A stretch of DNA of 64,000 nucleotides, taken from contig JBBTRF010000001.1 of assembly GCA_038065315.1 (NCBI GenBank), positions 230,413-294,412 on the forward strand, written 5' to 3'. The notes beneath the pieces are model-generated. The model ran no database searches, was not told the origin of the DNA, and saw nothing but the letters and a program-made list of their open reading frames with translations. Both the position numbers and the translations under genes were made by a program. Below, piece by piece: positions 8,458 through 17,950 of this stretch. Origin of the DNA: Patescibacteria group bacterium. GTDB lineage: Bacteria > Patescibacteriota > Minisyncoccia > Phycocordibacterales > JBBTRF01. The first letter of the stretch is position 1, and each line of letters starts with the position of its first letter.

Positions 8458-9798
8458 CTACTTCGCTAGATACGTGGACAAGAATTCACGCTTCAATTCA
8501 AAGAAGGTGCCGTCCTCAATTCCCTTTCGCATGCGATCAACAAGATTCACGATGAAATGGAGGTTGTGGGTCGAGGCAAGGGTGCCGGCGAGCATTTCGT
8601 CAGCGCGAAACAGGTGCGCAATGTAGGCGCGGGTGTAGTGTGCGCAAGCATAGCAAGCGCAATCTTCTTCGATTGGGCGCATATCCTCGCGATACTGCGC
8701 ATTCTCGATATGCACGCGTCCATGCTTCGTATAAATAGTGCCATTGCGTCCAAGGCGAGTCGGCGCAACGCAGTCGAAGGTGTCGCAACCATTCTCCACT
8801 GCCTCAAAAATATCTACAGGGTCGCCGATGCCGAGCAGGTGGCGTGGTTTGTTTTCCGGCAAGAGCTCATTCACCCAACGCACCGCCTTGCCCATATCTT
8901 CTTTGTCAAATGACCCACCAATACCGAAGCCGTCGAAAGGCATCGCGCCGATGATACGCGCACTTTCCTTGCGCAAGTCCTCGTGACGCCCACCCTGCAC
9001 GATGCCGAACAGCGCCTGGGGTGTGCCGTTGGCCGTCACTTTTTTATGCGCCTTCAAACAACGCTCCGCCCAGCGATGCGTGCGTGCCATCGCCTCCTGC
9101 TGATATTCTTTTGGCGCGTGCGGCGAGGTGCATTCATCGAACGCAAAGATCATGTCCGCACCAATCTGCTCCTGGATCTCGATCGAACGTTCCGGCGTGA
9201 AGCGATGCGTACTGCCGTCGATGACGGACTTGAATGTGACGCCCTCTTCGTCGACACGCGCGAGACGCGCCGCCACATCCTCTGTCGCGTCGGTGCCGCT
9301 TTCGGCGAGGGAGGGCTTCGCCGAAGAAGACTTCGGCATAAGTGTCGCAGATGTAAGTGTCGCTGTCGCTCCCTTATCTGCTCCCTTAGAAAACTTATTA
9401 ATCCCCTTCCCAAACGCCACGCCGAGCGAAAACACCTGGAAGCCGCCAGAGTCGGTCATGGTCGGACCGTGCCAATTCATCATTTTGCCCAAGCCGCCAG
9501 CCTTCGCGATGATCTTCTCACCCGGCTGCAGATACAAATGATACGTATTCGCCAGGGCCACCTGAGCGCCGAGGTCTTTCACGTGGTCGGGCGTGAGCGA
9601 CTTCACTGTGGCTTTCGTCCCCACCGCCACAAACGCCGGGGTATGCACCACACCATGCGGAGTCGTCAAAAGTCCGACACGGCCGAGGGTCGGGGTGTCG
9701 TCAGGCTTCGTGAGGCGCTTCTCCACCACAAATGAAAGTGGATTTTGTGGGGTAAGATGCGACTTCGCACTGTTGATATCGGCCATATCATTCTTCAT
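8458..9798 (-). CDS. tgt: tRNA-guanine transglycosylase
   Basis: VGTKATVK, ANTYHL, TDSGGFQVFSL, GIVQGG, DTFDCVAPTR, CxCxxC...H zinc site. Confidence 0.96.
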   Translation of the reverse strand: MKNDMADINSAKSHLTPQNPLSFVVEKRLTKPDDTPTLGRVGLLTTPHGVVHTPAFVAVGTKATVKSLTPDHVKDLGAQVALANTYHLYLQPGEKIIAKAGGLGKMMNWHGPTMTDSGGFQVFSLGVAFGKGINKFSKGADKGATATLTSATLMPKSSSAKPSLAESGTDATEDVAARLARVDEEGVTFKSVIDGSTHRFTPERSIEIQEQIGADMIFAFDECTSPHAPKEYQQEAMARTHRWAERCLKAHKKVTANGTPQALFGIVQGGRHEDLRKESARIIGAMPFDGFGIGGSFDKEDMGKAVRWVNELLPENKPRHLLGIGDPVDIFEAVENGCDTFDCVAPTRLGRNGTIYTKHGRVHIENAQYREDMRPIEEDCACYACAHYTRAYIAHLFRADEMLAGTLASTHNLHFIVNLVDRMRKGIEDGTFFELKREFLSTYLAK

Positions 9799-9873
9799 GT
9801 CTCACGAGCATACCAGATTTGACCAAATTGTGCATTTCTTGTGCATTTTGGAAAATAACGTATAGTAATAGCC

Positions 9874-10692
9874 ATGAAACCGGCACCAAAAAAGGTCATA
9901 CTCCTCGCAGCGGCATGGCCAATGCGCATCAACAAATATCTCGCCCACAAGGGATATTCGACGCGCCGCGGCGCCGACGAGCTGGTCACCGCTCAAAAAG
10001 TACTCCTCAATGGTCGTGTAGCCGTCCTCGGAGACAAGGTGAAGGAAACAGATGTCGTGGAGGTCTTGCAAGCCCAGAACAAAGCTGAGGGTAATTCGAC
10101 CGGTAAAAAAGCTCCCGGAACCGGCTCGGGAAACGTTCATGGCACCACCGCAGCGGATCGCGTGTACTTCATCTTCCACAAGCCGGTCGGCATGAGCGCG
10201 AGCGACAACGAGATCGAGGCTGTCATTGACCAACTCAAAAGCCAAAAAAAGTATGCGTACCTCGTCGGCAAGAAACTCTTCCCCATCGGCCGACTCGACA
10301 AAGAGTCGAGTGGCATCATGATCCTCACTAACGACGGTCGCATCACCGATCGCCTGCTCAATCCCGTATACGCGCATCCGAAAACTTTTTTCTGCACCCT
10401 CAACAAGGTGCATTCCGCGAGCTTCATTCGCATTTTGTCTGATCGACTCCTCAACTTGCAGGCCGGTCCGGAGAACGCTGCTGAAACCGTAGACCAACTC
10501 CATTTCAAAGTCACCCTCAACAACACCGGCAACGCCCACCTCGAACACATCTGTGCTGAACTTGGCTTCACCATTGTGGAGAGCCAGCGCATTGCCATCC
10601 TCAACATCGGCCTAGGCAACCTCAAGCCAGGTGCTGTCCGCGAGGTGACAGAGAAAGAACGCGAAGCATTTCTCCGTTCGCTCGGTCTCTAG
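9874..10692 (+). CDS. S4-domain pseudouridine synthase (RsuA/RluB/RluF family), divergent C-terminus
   Basis: MRINKYLA...RRGADEL S4 domain, FHKPVG, GRLDKESSG.MILTNDG. Confidence 0.85.
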   Translation: MKPAPKKVILLAAAWPMRINKYLAHKGYSTRRGADELVTAQKVLLNGRVAVLGDKVKETDVVEVLQAQNKAEGNSTGKKAPGTGSGNVHGTTAADRVYFIFHKPVGMSASDNEIEAVIDQLKSQKKYAYLVGKKLFPIGRLDKESSGIMILTNDGRITDRLLNPVYAHPKTFFCTLNKVHSASFIRILSDRLLNLQAGPENAAETVDQLHFKVTLNNTGNAHLEHICAELGFTIVESQRIAILNIGLGNLKPGAVREVTEKEREAFLRSLGL

Positions 10693-10743
10693 TTGGAATC
10701 TTGGCCAGTTGGGTTGTGGTGCAGAATGTAGTAAAATAGGCGA

Positions 10744-11466
10744 ATGATACACAAATGGTTCAAGCGCAACACGAAGCCTCACACCAATGACGGCTTTCTT
10801 TCGATTGGTGACATCCAAAAAGATGAGCGGTACGAATTGAAAGATATTCATGACGAATTCAAGCGTGGCTTCGACCTCATCAAAAAATATCCGAAGACGG
10901 TGAGCTTCTTTGGTTCAGCCCGCTTCACTTCGGAACATGAACATTACAAGCAAGCTCAAGAATTGGCAGGCAAGATCGTGAAGGAGCTCGGCTATGCTGT
11001 GGTGACTGGCGGCGGGCCGGGCATTATGGAAGCCGGCGCGCGCGGAGCGAAAGACGCCGGCGGCGTCTCGATCGGCATGACCATTCGCCTCCCCCACGAA
11101 CAGCGCGACAATCCGTACATCACTGAAAGCGCCGATTTCAAATACTTTTTCAGCCGCAAGACGCTCCTCACTTTTGAAGCCGAAGCTTTCATCTTCTTCC
11201 CTGGCGGCTTCGGCACCTTGGACGAATTTTTCGATGTGCTGACTCTCGTGCAGACTGGCAAGATCCCGAAAGTGCCAATCATTCTCGTCGGCCGTGACTA
11301 TTGGGAGCCGCTCGACGCCTTCATCAAAGCGCAGATGCTTGTCGCTCACAAAGCGATCAACCCAGACGACATGAAGCTGTACCATATCACCGAAGACAGT
11401 AAAGAAATCGTCGAGATCATCCGCAAGACCCCCGTTACCAATTGGTGGAAGCACTTTCAGGAGTAG
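10744..11466 (+). CDS. LOG family (TIGR00730-like) nucleotide phosphoribohydrolase
   Basis: FFGSAR, TGGGPGIMEA, FFSRK, PGGFGTLDE. Confidence 0.92.
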   Translation: MIHKWFKRNTKPHTNDGFLSIGDIQKDERYELKDIHDEFKRGFDLIKKYPKTVSFFGSARFTSEHEHYKQAQELAGKIVKELGYAVVTGGGPGIMEAGARGAKDAGGVSIGMTIRLPHEQRDNPYITESADFKYFFSRKTLLTFEAEAFIFFPGGFGTLDEFFDVLTLVQTGKIPKVPIILVGRDYWEPLDAFIKAQMLVAHKAINPDDMKLYHITEDSKEIVEIIRKTPVTNWWKHFQE

Positions 11467-11508
11467 TACGATATGGGCCGCAGCAAGAGTGGCAAAAGCA
11501 ATCAAAAG

Positions 11509-11541
11509 AAAACGCGGCCGCCTGAAAAGGGGCCGCGTTTT
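11509..11541. terminator. Bidirectional terminator between convergent genes
   Basis: AAAACGCGGCC...GGCCGCGTTTT. Confidence 0.7.
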
Positions 11542-11592
11542 TCGCTGTGTGAGAGAAATACATCCGAGGAACGATCGGCGTGGACACGATTT

Positions 11593-12444
11593 TCATGCCA
11601 CCTTCGGGAGGTGACGGAAATAATCGAGCCCATCAGAACGTGCCAAGCTGGCAACGTGTTCGAGCTGGTCGCGCGTAGGGGCTGGAGTGAGCTTTTCCAC
11701 AAAAGCCACGGTCGCCGCCGGATCGCTCTCGAACGGCAGACGCTGAAAGGATCGAAGGTGGATGAGTGAAGCCTTCAATCGCTCCATCTGCACACCCTGA
11801 TACCCGACGATCCGAGCGACTTCCAGGACCTTTTCTAGATCAGTCTGCTGCACCACCGCAAAGCGTTTCGGGTCCCAGTTGCGGATCGCTTTGATCATCG
11901 GGACGGTCTCGCCCAGAAACTGGTGATGCCAACGGTGCAGGAAGGTGGTAATGTTGTCATCCGCACGGCACAATTCCTTCCGGCGCTGCCCCAAAACTTG
12001 TGCGAGGCAGATGCCGAATGGCTGGCACAAAAGAATTGAACGCGCAATGACGTGAGTGCCCTTCAATTCTTCCAGGCGACGCAGGACGGCAAACTGAAGA
12101 TCGTTCCGCGGAAACCCATCGAGCAGGAAGGTTCTGACACCGGCCTGAAGCCGCTGCAGGATCCATTCCAACACGACGACAGTGGCGAGCTCGTCTTCGA
12201 CCATCTCGGCGCATTTCATCTTTTCTTCCGCCGCCGCGCACGCATCGCCGACTGGGCCAGATTCTTTGGCGCGGCGGCGGATGGCGGCACTGCAGCTCAG
12301 GTGATGAAATGACACTGAGCCATACTCCTGCAACAGTTTGCCGACAAAGTCCTTGCCCGCACCCATGCCGGCCAGGAGAAGAAAGAGGTGGAAATTGCTG
12401 TAGCGGGAAATTTGCAGTATCAATCCTTCGATGTGCTGTGTCAC
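11593..12444 (-). CDS. Divergent adenylate/NMP kinase-like protein with C-terminal extension
   Basis: GMGAGKD P-loop variant, LLDGFPRN, RADDN; own TTGACG-17-TATAAA promoter and AAGGAGG before GTG. Confidence 0.75.
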   Translation of the reverse strand: MTQHIEGLILQISRYSNFHLFLLLAGMGAGKDFVGKLLQEYGSVSFHHLSCSAAIRRRAKESGPVGDACAAAEEKMKCAEMVEDELATVVVLEWILQRLQAGVRTFLLDGFPRNDLQFAVLRRLEELKGTHVIARSILLCQPFGICLAQVLGQRRKELCRADDNITTFLHRWHHQFLGETVPMIKAIRNWDPKRFAVVQQTDLEKVLEVARIVGYQGVQMERLKASLIHLRSFQRLPFESDPAATVAFVEKLTPAPTRDQLEHVASLARSDGLDYFRHLPKVA

Positions 12445-12556
12445 GACGCCTCCTTAGGTAAGGGGTTTTTGTGGTAGCTCCGAGTGTTTCTTTCACAATG
12501 TGAAGAACAGAGCCAGAGGGCTTTATATCAGAAAAACAGCCGAGCGTCAACGAAAC

Positions 12557-13045
12557 CTAGACCAACACGAAGTAGAGGAAGAGTCCGAACATGAGCACGG
12601 CCAAACTACAATTCACCAACGCGCCCGTCGCTGAGCCGATGAGTCCGGCAGTAGCGGCTTTGAGGGCTGCTGCGTTACTTTTGCGTGCCACTACTTCTCC
12701 CGCAAAGATGCCGACGAACAAACCAACGATGCCCCCGAGTGGCGGAAAGGCGATGAGACCAACAATGAGTCCGAGGAATCCGAAAAGAATCGAGCGTCGA
12801 TCTGCCCCACCATATCGTGCGCCAAGTATGCCGGCGAAGTAATCGATGAAGAAAGATACGATGAGAATACCGCCAAGTACCGCAAGATTCTCCCAGGTGA
12901 TGTGTACGAAGCGATCGGAAATCGCAAAAAGCAATGCAATAAGAAACATGTACGAGATCGCCGGCAGAAACGGCACGAGCACTGCCGGAATACCCAGCGC
13001 CATGAATATCGCTGCAACCGCGAGAAGAATTGGGTGTTCAATCAT
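12557..13045 (-). CDS. DUF456-family membrane protein
   Basis: Hydrophobic; VPFLP, DYFAGILGARYGG, PLGGIVGLFVGIFAGE. Confidence 0.8.
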   Translation of the reverse strand: MIEHPILLAVAAIFMALGIPAVLVPFLPAISYMFLIALLFAISDRFVHITWENLAVLGGILIVSFFIDYFAGILGARYGGADRRSILFGFLGLIVGLIAFPPLGGIVGLFVGIFAGEVVARKSNAAALKAATAGLIGSATGALVNCSLAVLMFGLFLYFVLV

Positions 13046-13932
13046 TTCTTCATTTTACCATAGCCGCTGCCGTATCCATATTCGTATTCATCCTCCTCGT
13101 CGATCTGGTCGTGCAATACGGCAACATCCTTCGCCAATGAGGCCGTCTCTGCATCTTCATCATCATACGGGTCAGAAGATGGCCCGGGAACAACAATAGA
13201 CACTTCGTCGAGCACGTCATACAGAATATTTGAGGGACAGGCTACGGGGATCCGATGAGACAAACACACGGGCTGGCTTCCCTGCACAAACACATCCAAC
13301 GCGCCCACGACGACACCAAGTATCTTGCAAGAATCGACGTCGATCAGCGGCGCGCCGCCATCGGCAAGCCAAGGTGCGCCGTCTATCTCGAGCAGTTCTG
13401 GCACGCCATTTTTGTCTTTCTGGACCGCACCGATCGAGCAAAGGTGTGTAAAGACTTTCGGCTGCCCTGCAGCGACTCGCTTCATATCAGCCTCATCCAC
13501 CCCATTCCGACACCTTGTTGCTGGGAAGCTGAGCGTAAACGCCTCCACCCCAGCGGTGAGACAGTCCTCGTTGGTTTCGAGATCATCCATCGAAAAGCCG
13601 ACTTCCTGGCGTTGCTCGAATCCAAATACAGCCAGCCCTCGTACGGTATCGGTGTCGATGAGCATGAGGTCGGCGGTCTGGTATACATCGACCCCGGCCT
13701 CGGTCTTTTGATACACTCCCGCAAAATACTGCCCGGCCGCCTTCTCCATCGCCTTGAAAACACTGAGTGACGTCACGGCAAACTGTCCGTCTACCGCAAA
13801 ACCAGTACCTTCGAAATGCACGGTTGATTGCTCAACCCCCATTTGTCTGGCACCGAGAAAGAGGAGGTTGCGACGAACTGAATCGATAATATGTTGTGTT
13901 GGCATGCGAATATGCTTATGAGTAATACCCAT
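13042..13932 (-). CDS. Trypsin-like (S1) fold protein lacking the catalytic triad
   Basis: GTGFAV, VTSLSV, RGLAVF, SFP, ADGGAPLID...ILGVV follow the S1C pattern with H/D/S positions substituted; acidic tail. Confidence 0.6.
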   Translation of the reverse strand: MGITHKHIRMPTQHIIDSVRRNLLFLGARQMGVEQSTVHFEGTGFAVDGQFAVTSLSVFKAMEKAAGQYFAGVYQKTEAGVDVYQTADLMLIDTDTVRGLAVFGFEQRQEVGFSMDDLETNEDCLTAGVEAFTLSFPATRCRNGVDEADMKRVAAGQPKVFTHLCSIGAVQKDKNGVPELLEIDGAPWLADGGAPLIDVDSCKILGVVVGALDVFVQGSQPVCLSHRIPVACPSNILYDVLDEVSIVVPGPSSDPYDDEDAETASLAKDVAVLHDQIDEEDEYEYGYGSGYGKMKK

Positions 13933-13949
13933 AAGTAAAGCAAACCAGT

Positions 13950-14003
13950 GATAGAGAAACTGCTAAAAAGTGTTCAAGAAAAGACTAATTTCCGATAAAG
14001 AAA
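13950..14003. repeat. AT-rich dispersed repeat, copy A
   Basis: 46/54 identical to 36917-36970 by manual alignment. Confidence 0.8.
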
Positions 14004-14072
14004 TCGTGAAAAAGTTCTAAAGAAAAAATGAAGGAGAGGTAAAAACAAAATCAAGAATCGGGCGGACCATTT

Positions 14073-14999
14073 TTACAGAGACAAGTTTCGCAAGACAGTC
14101 GCATCCACAATGTTCGGCTGTGCTTCGCGAATCGCACCATAGAAGCGCACCTTGTCGCCCTTGATGAATCGAGCGATCGAAAACACCTGTCTTTTGTTGT
14201 TCAAAATACTCACTCCATCAGCGAGCGGCAGCGTGTAATCCACCCCGCCTACAGTGACAACCATGTTGAGCGGCAATGTATTGCCATCAATACTTTTGAT
14301 CACCCCTTCAAAATTACGTGGCTTGAAAATCGACATGTCCTGATAGATACGAATTGTCTGCGCCTCAAGCGTCTTTTTGAGATTGTTGTACACGCCGGTG
14401 GCAGAAGTGATCTTCGTGCCGACACCGAGTGTATTCGTGCTCAACACCAAAGTGCCCTTGTTCACCGGCGTCGATGAGGCTACGAGCAGCGTGATCTTGC
14501 CGCGGGTCTTTGAGTTGAGAATATACGCCAATGCGGTCGGCGTACTGGTACCGAGCTCGGAGATACTACCGGAAAAACCTTCCTCCAATGTTTGTAGAGA
14601 CCAATTCTTCACCTTCTTCGCCACCACATCGAGAGAGTTCGAGCCTTCAAACAAGTCACCGGTGACTGAAATAAAGTCGCCGACAGAAATTTCCTTCACG
14701 GTAATAGCCTGACCGAAGCGTTTTTCGAAAGCGGTCTTGTCGCTGGTACGGACAGTGACACGGATGAAGGAAACTCCCCAATACACCTTGCAGAAAAGGG
14801 TCGTACCCGAAACCTGCTCCACACGAGCACCCTGGATAGAGACGCTGCCATTATCATTCACATGCACCTCGAGGGTGGAGCCGAAGGGCCGCGGATCGTA
14901 GTTGGGTGCGAGCACTTGAGCCTGCGCCATTTGAGCAAAACCGCCCAAAATACCGGTCGAAAGGCCAAAGATGACCAAGGCATTGATCGCTTTTTTCAT
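14073..14999 (-). CDS. Secreted protein with repeated OB-like (DUF5666-like) domains
   Basis: Signal peptide ending AQA; repeated 'I.VGD.V.V.G' type units. Confidence 0.65.
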   Translation of the reverse strand: MKKAINALVIFGLSTGILGGFAQMAQAQVLAPNYDPRPFGSTLEVHVNDNGSVSIQGARVEQVSGTTLFCKVYWGVSFIRVTVRTSDKTAFEKRFGQAITVKEISVGDFISVTGDLFEGSNSLDVVAKKVKNWSLQTLEEGFSGSISELGTSTPTALAYILNSKTRGKITLLVASSTPVNKGTLVLSTNTLGVGTKITSATGVYNNLKKTLEAQTIRIYQDMSIFKPRNFEGVIKSIDGNTLPLNMVVTVGGVDYTLPLADGVSILNNKRQVFSIARFIKGDKVRFYGAIREAQPNIVDATVLRNLSL

Positions 15000-15046
15000 C
15001 CCAGAACACTACCACAAAACAGCATATTTGGCCATCTTTGGCCAAA

Positions 15047-15790
15047 TTAAGCCATCCTAAGGTATTTGGCCCGCTGGGAGGCCGAAAATCGCTCAATGGC
15101 ATATCGGAGCATCGTCCTCGGCATGGACACAGCATGCGTATCCAGAAAGCTCCTGAGGGTTTTTAGACCTATTGGGGAGCGTTTCCCTATCTCGCGAAGC
15201 ATCCAACCGCAGGCTTTGTGGATAAGGTCGTGCTCGTCGGAAATGAGGATCTCGCAGATACGAATAGTGTCAGTGAATTCACCTTGTTGGATGAAAAAAT
15301 AGGTTGAAATGATAGCGATGCGCCGCTCCCACAGATTAGCCGAACGTGCGAGGCGGTCGAGGATGGCAGTGTTCCCTTTTTGGTAGAGGTATGCCCCGAG
15401 GATGTCGCGAGCGGAGTTGTCGACGAGGTCCCAATTGTTAAAACAGCGAGCATGCTCTAGATACCACTTGGCGAGGCGTTCTTGTTCGGCGAGGGAGTCT
15501 TGTGGGGTCGGCGATTTCTTTGCTAAGGCATATTTCAATTGCAAGATTTCCGTGCAGGTGAAGCGATGCTCGTGAATTGGACTTTTGGCGAGTGTGGCAA
15601 GGTCGGAGAAAGACAAGTGGGCATACGCGCGGGCGATCGTGCGCTGTTGTGGCACCGTCAGACCAAGGAAACGATCGCCCGCGCCATATTCACCCGTGCC
15701 CGTCTTGAAATACTTGGCGAGCGTGGCAGATTTCTTGGCGTTGGCGTTTGCTTTCAGCTCGCGCACGAGGTCTTTGAGATTTTTCTTCAT
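15047..15790 (-). CDS. DNA alkylation repair protein (AlkD-like)
   Basis: YFKTG.GEYG.GD.FLG, NNWDLVD, LWERRIA, DLIHKACGWMLREIGK, MPRTMLRYAIE; start at ATG 15790. Confidence 0.9.
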   Translation of the reverse strand: MKKNLKDLVRELKANANAKKSATLAKYFKTGTGEYGAGDRFLGLTVPQQRTIARAYAHLSFSDLATLAKSPIHEHRFTCTEILQLKYALAKKSPTPQDSLAEQERLAKWYLEHARCFNNWDLVDNSARDILGAYLYQKGNTAILDRLARSANLWERRIAIISTYFFIQQGEFTDTIRICEILISDEHDLIHKACGWMLREIGKRSPIGLKTLRSFLDTHAVSMPRTMLRYAIERFSASQRAKYLRMA

Positions 15791-15900
15791 GATGGTCAGT
15801 GTCAGACAGTATAACAGAGAACGCTTAGGCAAGAAAAACCGACCCAGGCGATGAAGCGAGGGCCGGCGAAGTGATCGGGCGAAGTGATCGGCGAAACGGC

Positions 15901-16422
15901 CTACCACTTCCGTCTGTCGCGACGATAACGCGGCGGCACACCCGGTTGGCTATGACGCATGCTGTCGGATGGCGGCGTTTGGGACCGAGCGCGAGTCGAG
16001 GGTAGCAGGATGGCAAAATCCGAAGGCTTGAGCGGGACTTCACCCAGGTCGAAGGGGGACGGCAGCTGGATGGCCATACTATCGAGCGCCGCCCTCAGTG
16101 CTTCTTCAGGCTTTTGCCCATCCTCGAGGGACAGCGCAAAATGTGGCGGATCATCGCTGTTGATGTCTTTGACATACAGATCAAAGCCAAGAGACAAGCG
16201 GATGCGGTTGGCAAGCAATTCGTCCACCAGCCAATTGGGACAAGCCCACACATTGCGGCGACAGGGCTGACCGACAATGTCGCAACAAGTGAAATCGAGA
16301 CATTCTTGCGTGGTCACCGCCTGTGCGAGCTGTTCGGCGATGAAGGCATTGGTCCTTGCGTCGCCTTTTGGATCAACGTAGCAGACGAGGCTGCTATGGA
16401 TGGGACGAGTGAGACTTAGCAT
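15901..16422 (-). CDS. hypothetical protein (start uncertain)
   Basis: ORF with upstream TTGACA promoter at about 16485-16513. Confidence 0.5.
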   Translation of the reverse strand: MLSLTRPIHSSLVCYVDPKGDARTNAFIAEQLAQAVTTQECLDFTCCDIVGQPCRRNVWACPNWLVDELLANRIRLSLGFDLYVKDINSDDPPHFALSLEDGQKPEEALRAALDSMAIQLPSPFDLGEVPLKPSDFAILLPSTRARSQTPPSDSMRHSQPGVPPRYRRDRRKW

Positions 16423-16555
16423 AAGTAACTCCAGGGATGTGATGTCGGTGTTCCGACTGGTTTTCAAACAACGCGAATGGAATAATTAAACCGCGACACG
16501 GTCACTTTGTCAAGAAAATATCCGGACGATGTGAACAAGTGGGTGGGTCCGCCGA

Positions 16556-16650
16556 CTTTTTTGAGTAGGTGCGGATTTTTCATACAAATTCATACAAAGT
16601 ATGAAGAAGTATGAAAAATCCGCACCTACTGTTTTCCGCCGCACCACCCC
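16556..16650 (-). repeat. Nested-palindrome intergenic repeat, copy 2
   Basis: Perfect 22-bp arms AGTAGGTGCGGATTTTTCATAC/GTATGAAAAATCCGCACCTACT with inner TTCATAC/GTATGAA hairpin. Confidence 0.92.
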
Positions 16651-16663
16651 TGCTCCACCTGCT

Positions 16664-17518
16664 CTAGACGAGAAAAAGGTCCTGATTGTATTCCCCAACA
16701 CCGAGATATCTCGCTTCGCCACGCAAGATAGCTTCGTATGGCGCGCAGGCGAAGCATGGGGAGCCGCCCGCGATCACCCGTGGACATGCAAATTCACCTT
16801 TCTCGCGGGCGGCCTTCACTGCCCGAGCCACGGCGAGCACTTTTTCTCGCGCGACGTCCAACGAGGGCAGTTCCACCGACTTCGGCTCATCCTCCCGATC
16901 GAGATACCAATAGCTCGCACCCGACACTTTTCGCTTCTGCAATTCATTCAACAGCAGCAAATAAATCGGGAGCTGCAGCGACTCGCCATCCTCATCCCGC
17001 TTCCCCGTCTTGAAATCCAACACTCGCACGCTGTCGTCTGTCGGTACAAATTCGAGCCAATCAATCTTTCCGCACAAAATAATATTTTCCTCCTCAGACA
17101 AAAAGAAATTCGGCAACATGTCATCCTTCCCACCTTTCAGCTTCAACGCCTTCTTCACCAATGGCCCCGGATGCGCGATCACCCGCTCAATCATCACCTT
17201 GCCCCGCGCCTTCCATTCGGCTTCCTCATCGGCACTTTTGAAACCGCCTTTCTCGCCCGACACCTTCGCCCACTGCTTTTCGTATTCCGCCAATAAATCG
17301 CGTCCAGAAAATCGCTCTTCGGCCTTGAAATCCGCCAACCCCTCCACCACACCGTGCACCGCAGTTCCGAGAGACAAAGCCGGCCCAACGACACTCATCT
17401 TGCGGCGGGTCTTCGGATCCTTGTACATATTGTGCAGATAGTACGCGCGCGGACATTTCAAAAAATCCCCCATCGAGGAATGCGACACCCAAACTGCGCT
17501 GTATTTGTCTTTCGCCAT
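16664..17518 (-). CDS. PD-(D/E)XK nuclease, RecB/Cas4-like, stand-alone
   Basis: SHSS...CPR.YY, GTAVH, GKIDW, VLDFKTG, QLPIY, C-terminal C...CxxC. Confidence 0.85.
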   Translation of the reverse strand: MAKDKYSAVWVSHSSMGDFLKCPRAYYLHNMYKDPKTRRKMSVVGPALSLGTAVHGVVEGLADFKAEERFSGRDLLAEYEKQWAKVSGEKGGFKSADEEAEWKARGKVMIERVIAHPGPLVKKALKLKGGKDDMLPNFFLSEEENIILCGKIDWLEFVPTDDSVRVLDFKTGKRDEDGESLQLPIYLLLLNELQKRKVSGASYWYLDREDEPKSVELPSLDVAREKVLAVARAVKAAREKGEFACPRVIAGGSPCFACAPYEAILRGEARYLGVGEYNQDLFLV

Positions 17519-17626
17519 TATCCGACTATTTTACCATATCGGACAACGCAGACTGCACGCCAAACAAAAAAGCCGGCCATCGGGCCGACTTTTTTGTTGA
17601 TTTGTTTGCTGCTCCGAAACGGAAAA

Positions 17627-17905
17627 TTATGAGAGATGCTTCGAAACCAAGCTAGTCATTTCAAACATGTTGACCACGCCCTTGCCGCCAAACACCACCT
17701 TGAGAGAAACATCAGCATTGATATTTCGCTTGTTCTTTGGATCCTGGAGATTGTTCTTCTTGATATATGCCCAGAGAGCCTTCACGACCTCAGATCGAGG
17801 CATCGGTCCCTTTCCTACGACAGTAGCCAGCTCTGAGCTGATGGTCATTGGCTTCATGAATGCTGAATTGGCTTTCTTCGCTGCTGGTTTTGCTGCTTTT
17901 GGCAT
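17627..17905 (-). CDS. SWIB/MDM2-domain protein
   Basis: FMKP...S.ELA.VVG.GPMPRSEVVK.LW.YIKKNNLQD; V.MFEM..LVSKHL. Confidence 0.92.
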   Translation of the reverse strand: MPKAAKPAAKKANSAFMKPMTISSELATVVGKGPMPRSEVVKALWAYIKKNNLQDPKNKRNINADVSLKVVFGGKGVVNMFEMTSLVSKHLS

Positions 17906-17950
17906 ATTGATTATATTAATTGCTTAATGGACACCATTATATCATATCCT

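Noticed and set aside
15868-15895. Short tandem duplication GAAGTGATCGG(G)C x2
   Set aside because: Only two units, likely local slippage; no array
16664-17518. Cas4-like nuclease as part of a CRISPR system
   Set aside because: No cas1/cas2 and no repeat-spacer array anywhere in the window; the adjacent palindrome is a dispersed single unit
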